A DNA stretch of 64,000 nt from Eledone cirrhosa (taxonomy: Eukaryota): NCBI GenBank assembly GCA_964016885.1, contig OZ024752.1, positions 5,394,001-5,458,000 on the forward strand. Direction: 5' to 3'. The notes under the pieces were generated by a model. The model did not search any database, was not told the DNA's origin, and was given only the letters and a program-made list of their open reading frames with translations. Below are positions 38,723 to 50,700 of this stretch, one piece after another (the stretch's first letter is position 1; every line of letters starts with the position of its first letter). A program made the translations under genes and the position numbers.

Positions 38723-41700
38723 ATGTGTTGATTTTTGACAGCTATGGTATAAATGTCTGTAATTTCAAGCTATCTATATTGTCAGGATATTTGTTAGGGA
38801 AAAAATGTGAAATGTTATTATGTAAACATTATTTATTTCAATATAATAAAGAAATATTATTAGAAAGATGAAAACACAAATATAAATGATATAAATAATT
38901 ATAATTTAGTACTTACTAAATAATGCACGTACTAGAAATACCATGGTCGCAGTCTTGTTGTGACAGGAAATGTGAAAGTATCCAGCGGAAAAAAGGGTGA
39001 AGTGTAAAATATTTGGTTTACTGGACTCCACAGATGCGTTAAACTTATTATGTACAATAGGCGTCCAATTAGGACTTTTAGTGTACACACCTCCCACCTT
39101 CCAGGATGTAATTGTCTCTGGATCATCAATAGGACATTGGAAAATTAGGTTTTCATTTACCCTGAGAAATCTTGTACCAACTCTTGTGGTAGGAACTGAA
39201 AAAGAACAAAACAAAATATATATATATATACAATTGATTACGTTCTTTAATTTTTCTAATGGAAGAGGAACAATTTGAAATAAATTAAAATATTATGGAT
39301 TACACAGAATTAATTGGAAAATAAATGTTTTATGTATATTTTAAAGCTAAATACAGATATAGTTATTGAGGACTAATGGAATGGAATAAAGTATGAATGT
39401 CAGGTTGAAATCCTGCCAATATTTCACAATGGATATCGAAAATATCACATTGGTGTGAAAGACTAAAAAACTATAATGACATCTACTGATAATAGGAAAC
39501 AATGTTTGTAAAATAAATGGAAATATCAGCCTGGAAGCAGACATTCGAATATTAAAGGTCATACAACTGCTGAACTGGGCATAATTTTGGTCAGAACTGG
39601 GCATCCCACAAGATGGTCATCCTGGTGACATAAGAAAAAAGCACCCTGTCCATCATGTAACATGGATGTGCTGGTGACACCAAAAAGGTATCCAGTCTGC
39701 CCTGTAAGATGGTTGTGCTGGTGACATGATGAAAAAGCACTAAGTCCAGCCTGTTAGATGACCTTTCTGGTGCCACAATAAAAGCACCCAGTCCACACTG
39801 TAACAGGTTTGGCCTTAGAAAGATCATCCAGATGAAGAACCAAACCAAAATACAAATACAAGACATGGTCATTTTATATAATAAACTACTGGATATTGGA
39901 GGAAACAGTGTGATATTTCACACACTCCACTTTATACAATAAACTACTGGATATTGGAGGAAACAGTGTGATATTTCACACACTCCACCTTATACAATAA
40001 ACTACTGGATATTGGAGGAAACAGTGTGATATTTCACACATTCCACCTTATACAATAAACTACTGGATGTTGGAGGAAACAGTGTGATATTTCACACATT
40101 CCACCTTATACAATAAACTACTGGATATTGGAGGAAACAGTGTGATATTTCACACATTCCACCTTATACAATAAACTACTGGATATTGGAGGAAACAGTG
40201 TGATATTTCACACACTCCACCTTATACAATAAACTACTGGATATTGGAGGAAACAGTGTGATATTTCACACATTCCACCTTATACAATAAACTACTGGAT
40301 GTTGGAGGAAACAGTGCGATATTTCACACATTCCACCTTATACAATAAACTACTGGATGTTGGAGGAAACAGTGTGATATTTCACACATTCCACCTTATA
40401 CAATAAACTACTGGATGTTGGAGGAAACAGTGTGATATTTCACACATTCCACCTTATACAATAAACTACTGGATGTTGGAGGAAGCAGTGTGATATTTCA
40501 CACACTCCACCTTATACAATAAACTACTGGATGTTGGAGGAAACAGTGTGATATTTCACACATTCCACCTCATACAATAAACTACTGGATGTTGGAGGAA
40601 ACAGTGTGATATTTCACACATTCCACCTTATACAATAAACTACTGGATGTTGGAGGAAACAGTGTGATATTTCACACATTCCACCTTATACAATAAACTA
40701 CTGGATGGTGTTGTTATATGCACCATTTTGTAATTTTGTCGTGCGTAATGCTAAGAGCACTAATTGAGGTTCTTCGCCACTTTTGAATGCCTTTTTTATT
40801 GTCTGTATATTTCTCTCAACCATGCCATTTGCTTGATGATAATGTGGGCTTGTTTTCGTGTGATAAAAATGCCAATTTTTTGCAAACTTTTTAAATTCAG
40901 CCGAATTGAACTCTGGACCGTTGTCACTGACAACTGTTTGTGGAATGCCGAATTTGGCAAAAGTTTCTTTTATTATTTTGATTACAGTTTTTGACTGGCA
41001 ATCATTTATTTCGTGTAAATCAAAAAATCTTGTTGTATAGTCAATGATTGTGACATACGAATTTCCAGACAGGTGAAATATGTCTGTACCTACTTTGGTC
41101 CATGGTGTAGTAGGTATTTCATGATTTATTAGTGGTTCGGCTGGTTGTTGATTTTTCTAATCGATGCAGTATGAGCATGTGTTAATCATGTCTTTGATTT
41201 GAGCGTTAATGCCGGGCCAGTATATACATTCCTTGGCTCGCTCTGTGCATTTTTCAATACCCATGTGTCCGGTATGTATTTCCTGTAGAGCTTCTCTACG
41301 TAATGACTTAGGTACAATGATTCTTGGACCTTTTAGAACGAGGCCATTGACGATCGATATTTCATCACGAACAGAGACGAATGGTTTAATGTTTGTTGGT
41401 ATTTTGTCTTTTGGGGGCCATTCTGTTCTTGTATATGTGATGAGTGTCTGTAGTGACGAGTCGTGTGCAGTGGCTTCTTTGTACTCGTTTAATTTAGTGT
41501 CGGTTATGGGGTAATTTTTTATTACTGCATGTATGTGCGATTTCATATCTTCGTCTGATACTTCTGGAGTATTTTGTTCAAGGTATGCACGTGATAGAGT
41601 ATCTGCAACAACTGATTCTTTACCAGGTATGTAGTTTAGGTCAAAATCGTATCTTTGTAATTGCTAGTAGAAATCTTTGGATTCTGGGGGGGCATTTAGT

Positions 41701-44700
41701 GATCGATTTTTTTGAATATTTGCTTCAACGGTTTATGGTCGTTTTCGATTCTGAAATGAGTTCCGTATATAAAGTGATGAAATTTCTTGCATGCAAAAAC
41801 CAAACTGAGAGCTTCGCTCTCTATCGGACAGTAGTTTTGTTCCGCTTGAGTTGTTGCACGAGATGTAAACGAAACAGGTAGCCATCTTTCGTTGTGTTTC
41901 TGCTCAAGTATAGCTCCGAGCCCATGCTTACTAGCATCTGTAGTTATTTTTACTGGTAGATCTGGATCATAAAATTGTAGCACTGGTTTTCTGGTAATCA
42001 TTTCTTTTAGCTTTTTTATTGCTTCGATTTGAGGTTTGTCGAGTGACCATAACGTGTCACTCTGTAGAAGCTGGCGTAATGGTGCTGTAACTTCGGAGTA
42101 GTTTGGTAAAAATTTACATAGGTAATTTGTCATACCTAGGAATCTTTGTAATTCTTTTTTGCCTGTAGGTAGTGGCATGTGAATGATTGCTTGCACTTTG
42201 GTTGGATCTTGTTTTATCCCTTCGCTGGTTAATAGATGCCCAAGCTACGTTATTTGTGATGCATTGAAGATACACTTTGATTTATTTAACTTTAATCCGT
42301 GCTTTCGGATTCGTTCGAAAACTTGTTGTAATCTATTTGTGTGTTCTTCTAAAGTGCTGGACCAGATTATAATGTCATCCTGTGAATTTCTTGCTCCTTC
42401 TATGCCATCTATTATTTTTGCGATTTCTTTTTGGAAAACTTCACTGGCGCTGTGAATTCCATAGGGCAGTCGTGTGAAGCGATATCTTCCAAAAGGTGTG
42501 TTGAACGTTAACAGGTGGGAGCTTTCTTCGTCAACTGGAATTTGCCAGTATCCATTAGATGCATCGAGTTTCGAGAAATATTTTGGTTTATGCATTTGTG
42601 CAAAAATGTCCTCCGCTGTAGGGAGTTTTAAATGTTGCCTTTTTATGGCTTTGTTTAGATTCTTGGGGTCCAAACAGAGTCGGAGTTTTCCGTTGGCTTT
42701 TTCAACGATGACTAGGGAATTTACCCAGTCTGTAGGTTCACTAACGGGTTTTATGATTCCTAATTGTCATTTTTTTTAGTTCTTTTTTGAGTTTTTCTTT
42801 TATAGAAAAAGGAACCGATCTTGGTGGATGAATTACAGGAGTTATTTGTGGATCCACTGTGATATGATGTGTTATTGGCAGAGTGCCGATTTCTCCGAAA
42901 CAGTCTTCATATTTTTCTGTTATGTCGTTTGCGTTCGACGAATTTATTTTTAAAATTCTCTGAATTAAGTTCAGATCTTGTGCTGTCTTTGCATCTATAA
43001 CTGCGTGCGAGTTTGTTTTTGCAACAATGAATTTTGTTTGTTTTGATACTTTTTTGTATTTAACGACTGCTGTGCATTTTCCTAGCACTTTTATAGCTGT
43101 GTTATTGTAGGCTGATAATCGAGTTGAGGTTTTTTGCAGTTGGGGTTTTGGAATAATATTTTTATATTCTCTGAATGGCAGTACGGTCACGTCTGCTCCA
43201 GTATCAATTTTGAATGTTACATTCGAGTTATTCACTTTTAGTTCGACCGTCCAAATGTCTTTTGGAGTCTTGAACTTTTCGATTTTATGCACGCGGGATT
43301 TATTTAAAGTGATCACTTTGAGTGCATGTATATCGTCATCTGATTCATCGTCGGAATGTGTCTCCACTTTATGTACAAATTTTCTTGATTTGCACATTTT
43401 TGCATAGTGTCCTTTTTTTCTTGCATTTTTCACATATCTTGTGGAATGCTGGGCACTTATTTCTTTGGTGATTGTAACCACAATAGTGACAGTTAGTGAC
43501 GTATGTTGACTTGGCGCTTGAAATTTCGCGCGCTTTCTATCACTTCCGCCTTGCCCGTTTTGACGTCTCGATTGCATATGGCGAGTTATCTGTGTTATGG
43601 CGCCTTTTCCGCTTGTCCACATGTGAAGAATTTGTGTCTCAGGAAAGTTATGTTTTTTCTGGGTTCACAATATGCAGCGAATTTTTCGATTACTGTTTGA
43701 AGGTTCATTTCTTCGTCGGGTGAATCGAAATCCAGAGTAGAATGGATGTCTCGGCCTTTGGAACTGATGCAAGTTAAAAACATTGAAGTTTTTACTTTGT
43801 CTGGCTTTATGTCACATTCTGTTGCTATCAAAAAGAGATTGAATTCTTTTTTCCACTTTTTCCATGCTGCGGCTAGATTTTCTTGATTAAAATCTAGGTC
43901 TTTTGGATGCGGTAGATTTTCCATTTCGTCTTCCAAGTATGATTTCAACTTCTTTTTTCTTTTCGTTTCTGTAGGATGGGTTCTTTTAGTATTCTGACAC
44001 CATGTTGTTGTTATATAAATATATATAAGTTGTGTATGAAAGGAAATAGTGAGTACTTAGTATGAAAGAGCAAGAACGTGAGAGAGACTGAAAAGACGTG
44101 TAAACAATACGATATACTTTATTATACTGTGTCTATACAAGGTGTCTCCTCGGGCAGGAGATTTCCTTATTGTCTCTGTATCAAGGGAGATAATGGGCGA
44201 CGTTAGTTGGTCTTGTCTATGATGATGCTTAACATGAACAGATGGTGGGGGAAACAGTGTGATATTTCACACATTCCACCTTATACAATAAACTACTGGA
44301 TGTTGGAGGAAACAGTGTGATATTTCACACATTTCACCTTATACAATAAACTACTGGATGTTGGAGGAAACAGTGTGATATTTCACACATTCCACCTTAT
44401 ACAATAAACTACTGGATGTTGGAGGAAACAGTGTGATATTTCACACATTCCACCTTATACAATAAACTACTGGATATTGGAGGAAACAGTGTGATATTTC
44501 ACACATTCCACCTTATACAATAAACTACTGGATATTGGAGGAAACAGTGTGATATTTCACACATTCCACCTTATACAATAAACTACTGGATATTGGAGGA
44601 AACAGTGTGATATTTCACACATTCCACCTTATACAATAAACTACTGGATGTTGGAGGAAACAGTGTGATATTTCTCACATTCCACCTTATACAATAAATT

Positions 44701-47700
44701 ACTGGATATTGGAGGAAACAGTGTGATATTTCACACATTCCACCTTATACAATAAACTACTGGATATTGGAGGAAACAGTGTGATATTTCACACATTCCA
44801 CCTTATACAATAAACTACTGGATATTGGAGGAAACAGTGTGATATTTCACACATTCCACCTTATACAATAAACTACTGGATGTTGGAGGAAACAGTGTGA
44901 TATTTCACACATTCCACCTTATACAATAAACTACTGGATATTGGAGGAAACAGTGTGATATTTCACACATTCCACCTTATACAATAAACTACTGGATATT
45001 GGAGGAAACAGTGTGATATTTCACACATTCCACCTTATACAATAAACTACTGGATAATGGAGGAAACAGTGTGATATTTCACACATTCCACCTTATACAA
45101 TAAACTACTGGATGTTGGAGGAAACAGTGTGATATTTCTCACATTCCACCTTATACAATAAATTACTGGATATTGGAGGAAACAGTGTGATATTTCACAC
45201 ATTCCACCTTATACAATAAACTACTGGATATTGGAGGAAACAGTGTGATATTTCACACATTCCACCTTATACAATAAATTACTGGATATTGGAGGAAACA
45301 GTGTGATATTTCACACATTCCACCTTATACAATAAACTACTGGATATTGGAGGAAACAGTGTGATATTTCACACATTCCACCTTATACAATAAACTACTG
45401 GATATTGGAGGAAACAGTGTGATATTTCACACATTCCACCTTATACAATAAACTACTGGATGTTGGAGGAAACAGTGTGATATTTCACACACTCCACCTT
45501 ATACAATAAACTACTCGATGTTGGAGGAAACAGTGTGATATTTCACACATTCCACCTTATACAATAAACTACTGGATATTGGAGGAAACAATGTGATATT
45601 TCACACATTTGTGTATTATTCTATGTACTATATTGACGAGTTGTAGTGCACCTGAGCACTTTACACAATAATTTCATTATTATTATATTCCACCTTATAC
45701 AATAAACTACTGGATATTGGAGGAAACAGTGTGATATTTCACACACTCCACCTTATACAATAAACTACTGGATGTTGGAGGAAACAGTGTGATATTTCAC
45801 ACATTCCACCTTATACAATAAACTACTGGATATTGGAGGAAACAATGTGATATTTCACACATTTGTGTATTATTCTATGTACTATATTGACGAGTTGTAG
45901 TGCACCTGAGCACTTTACACAATAATTTCATTATTATTATATTCCACCTTATACAATAAACTACTGGATATTGGAGGAAACAGTGTGATATTTCACACAC
46001 TCCACCTTATACAATAAACTACTGGATGTTGGAGGAAACAGTGTGATATTTCACACACTCCACCTTATACAATAAACTACTGGATATTGGAGGAAACAGT
46101 GTGATATTTCACACACTCCACCTTATACAATAAACTACTGGATATTGGAGGAAACAGTGTGATATTTCACACACTCCACCTTATACAATAAACTACTGGA
46201 TGTTGGAGGAAACAGTGTGATATTTCACACATTCCACCTTATACAATAAACTACTGGATATTGGAGGAAACAGTGTGATATTTCACACACTCCACCTTAT
46301 ACAATAAACTACTGGATATTGGAGGAAACAGTGTGATATTTCACACATTCCACCTTATATAATAAACTACTGAATGTTGGAGGAAACAGTGTGATATTTC
46401 ACACATTCCACCTTATACAATAAACTACTGGATGTTGGATGAAACAGTGTGATATTTCACACATTTCACCTTATACAATAAACTACTGGATGTTGGAGGA
46501 AACAGTGTGATATTTCTCACATTCCACCTTAAACAATAAACTACTGGATATTGGAGGAAACAGTGTGATATTTCACACATTTCACCTTATACAAGAAACT
46601 ACTGGATGTTGGAGGAAACAGTGTGATACTTCACACATTTCACCTTATACAATTAACTACTGGATATTGGAGGAAACAGTGTGATATTTCACACATTCCA
46701 CCTTATACAATAAACTACTGGATATTGGAGGAAACAGTGTGATATTTCACACATTCCACCTTATACAATAAACTACTGGATATTGGAGGAAACAGTGTGA
46801 TATTTCACACATTCCACCTTATACAATAAACTACTGGATGTTGGAGGAAACAGTGTGATATTTCACACACTCCACCTTATACAATAAACTACTCGATGTT
46901 GGAGGAAACAGTGTGATATTTCACACATTCCACCTTATACAATAAACTACTGGATATTGGAGGAAACAATGTGATATTTCACACATTTGTGTATTATTCT
47001 ATGTACTATATTGACGAGTTGTAGTGCACCTGAGCACTTTACACAATAATTTCATTATTATTATATTCCACCTTATACAATAAACTACTGGATATTGGAG
47101 GAAACAGTGTGATATTTCACACACTCCACCTTATACAATAAACTACTGGATGTTGGAGGAAACAGTGTGATATTTCACACATTCCACCTTATACAATAAA
47201 CTACTGGATATTGGAGGAAACAGTGTGATATTTCACACACTCCACCTTATACAATAAACTACTGGATATTGGAGGAAACAGTGTGATATTTCACACACTC
47301 CACCTTATACAATAAACTACTGGATATTGGAGGAAACAGTGTGATATTTCACACACTCCACCTTATACAATAAACTACTGGATGTTGGAGGAAACAGTGT
47401 GATATTTCACACATTCCACCTTATACAATAAACTACTGGATATTGGAGGAAACAGTGTGATATTTCACACACTCCACCTTATACAATAAACTACTGGATA
47501 TTGGAGGAAACAGTGTGATATTTCACACACTCCACCTTATACAATAAACTACTGGATATTGGAGGAAACAGTGTGATATTTCACACACTCCACCTTATAC
47601 AATAAACTACTGGATATTGGAGGAAACAGTGTGATATTTCACACATTCCACCTTATACAATAAACTACTGAATGTTGGAGGAAACAGTGTGATATTTCAC

Positions 47701-50700
47701 ACATTCCACCTTATACAATAAACTACTGGATATTGGATGAAACAGTGTGATATTTCACACATTTCACCTTATACAATAAACTACTGGATGTTGGAGGAAA
47801 CAGTGTGATATTTCTCACATTCCACCTTAAACAATAAACTACTGGATATTGGAGGAAACAGTGTGATATTTCACACATTTCACCTTATACAAGAAACTAC
47901 TGGATGTTGGAGGAAACAGTGTGATACTTCACACATTTCACCTTATACAATTAACTACTGGATATTGGAGGAAACAGTGTGATATTTCACACATTCCACC
48001 TTATACAATAAACTACTGGATGTTGGAGGAAACAGTGTGATATTTCACACATTTCACCTTATACAATAAACTACTGGATGTTGGAGGAAACAGTGTGATA
48101 TTTCTCACATTCCACCTTAAACAATAAACTACTGGATGTTGAAGGAAACAGTTTGGTCTTTCACAAAGTGAAAGTAGAGTATATTTAGAACAGATCTGTT
48201 AATTACATCAAGTCAATTAATTACCTACCTATACTGTATTGATAAAATTGTTAGCACATTTAAAATACCTGTAATAAGTAGTTATGTTTCTTTTTCTACG
48301 AAGTTTATATTCTATCATACTAACAATACCTTCTGTGGTTGATCAACTAAAGTACCAGTCAAGTATTGGAGATCAATTTAATATAACTAAAAGGCAACAA
48401 TCTGTCCTGACAAATCTTTCCCATTACATTTGTATAGATGTGTTTTGATATATATTGTCATGTTTTTTCTACATTCTCTATCTCACTTTTTACATCTTTT
48501 TCTGTTTCCTTCTTTACAAATTCTGTGTTCAACCAACTGCATAATATCTAATTATATAATGGTTCACTTAATACAATCCTGAATCTATACAGTAGTTGTG
48601 ATAACAGTTGTAAACAGTCAGGTTCAAATAACTATATAGTTGCCTAATCTGTAAGACATAGTAACAAAAGGAATCATGTGTGTGAGAAATATAATACCCA
48701 TGTCTGGAACAACATTAATCCTAGATCTGTTTGATCAGTGTTAACTTTAGGATCAAATAACAGAATCACTGATGAGTTTCTTAATTCTATCAACAAATGA
48801 GACTTTCTCATAAGTAATTGTTTTGAAAAATAAATTCGATCTTTATATTAGAAACATATTACCTACCGTAGCTGTGTAATTGTGAGATTTGTGTGATTAA
48901 CAAAAGTTTCAAAAATAACAGATTCAATTCCATTATCTGTATATAAAAGAAAAATGTTGATATGAATAACAATATTTTCTACAAATAAAGAACATCTAGT
49001 CAATGAAAGGACAATGTAAAGAATCATTTGACATTAATGGTTTCTGATTTAGGCACAAGGTCAACAATTATGGGTGAGGGGAATATCAATTAAATCAATC
49101 TCAGTGCATTACTGGTACTTTATTTTGTTGACAATGTAAGGATGAAAGGCAAAGTTAACCTTGGTAGGATTTGAACTCAGAACATAGCAGGCCATAATTA
49201 TATGCCACAATAATTATATGCCACATAATTATATGACCCCCAAATACAGGTCCATAATCCATTACTGATATAAAAAGATTATATTTTACAGGGTAACTCT
49301 TGTTGACATGTTAAAAAATAATAATTGATTTATGTCTGGACTATATGAAGGTGTCTGACTGCCACTCATGGATACTAGAGTCACTATGCCTTGTTAAATT
49401 TCCATGACCATAGCTGAAGCCATTCAAAAACTGACTGTTATATGTCCACTCAGCTGTATTGAATAACTACTTCAGTTTTAGTCACAGACAGAATTGGTGT
49501 ATTGACAGGAATATTTCATGGTGACAGCTTGTCTGTAATAATATTTGTGCTGACTGTGACTCTATTGTTAGCCCTGTTACATGCTTGTCAGTATAGAAGA
49601 CAGAAAGGTTAATATCACTTATACCTTTTTCATGATGTCCTTAAGTACCAAGAGAAAGTTACATCAGGTCACAGCATCTCACAGGTCATAATAACAGAAG
49701 TACAATAGATTTGGTAGTAAACTGTGGTAAATTGTCAAGAGGAGACTATGTATGTCAATGGCCTGTCTATTTCACCTATCTCCAGTGGTGAATGCTACAA
49801 GTAACTTGGAATAGATGAGAATATTATATATGATGTTTGTTCCAAATGTAAAGGTACTGATGTTTCATTTAAATGTGTATTAGACATATATGAAATTACA
49901 AGTTAGCTCCTTCAAAATACAGTAGTTCTAATATTTATTCCGTTGATCATAGCAGCCTGGAAGTAATTTTCTGTGAGTGTCCTTATCTCATCAGTTTCAA
50001 TTTTTTTTCAACAGTCCCAAAATGATGACCCTTTAGCTGCAATTTCAACTTAGGAAAGAGGTAGAAACCACACAGAGCTCAATCTGAGCTGTTGTAAAGA
50101 TGTGGAATAATGGGAATGTTTTTCTTTGCTAGAAATTCTCAAATTGAAAATGCTGTGTTTGGGCACTACCTTTGCACAAATTTTTCACATGTGCAAATGG
50201 TGTGTTAAAATTCTGTGAACTCCATTTTAATCCAAGCACATAATCAGCAATCTTTCCTCATCACCCCTCATACTACTTCTACATTGTGTTCATTTGTTGA
50301 CGAGATTGACCTTCCAGAATGAGATCAGTCTTCAACATTTTCCTGGCCCTGTTTGAAAGCTGTGTACCTCTTAAAAACTTTAGGAGATTAGTATCGGTGT
50401 ACATATAACATAAAATAAAAGACAGTAAATACCGGTGTGTGTTGTAATAATGTTTTACTTCATAGAAGTCAAAGGTATTAAATATTAAGGATTCGTTACC
50501 CGATGGTCACAACTCCAGGCTGAAGTTGGTAGAGAAAAGAAGAGATCTTTTCTAGCTGGTATTAACATGTTAGGCTCTCAGGCTGCAAGTTGCATTGTTC
50601 TTGGTAGCGAAGGATTATCAAAAATGAATCATCTCAAGCTAAGGTCGCAGGTGTTACCACTTCGGAAATCAGGAGGCAAGAGGGAGATATCATGGTGACC

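Noticed and set aside
26237-48151. 58-bp arrays as a CRISPR array or hammerhead satellite
   Set aside because: Head-to-tail monomers with no unique spacers, no cas genes, eukaryotic context, and no CUGANGA core
48229-48268. 40-nt candidate exon with a good acceptor and the same GTAGGTAAT donor as the signal exon
   Set aside because: Phase 1 in gives phase 2 out, and phase 0 in hits TAA; incompatible with exon A (at most a poison exon)
49900-50370. Possible mariner remnant
   Set aside because: Only a vague resemblance; no TIR pair or readable transposase motif confirmed
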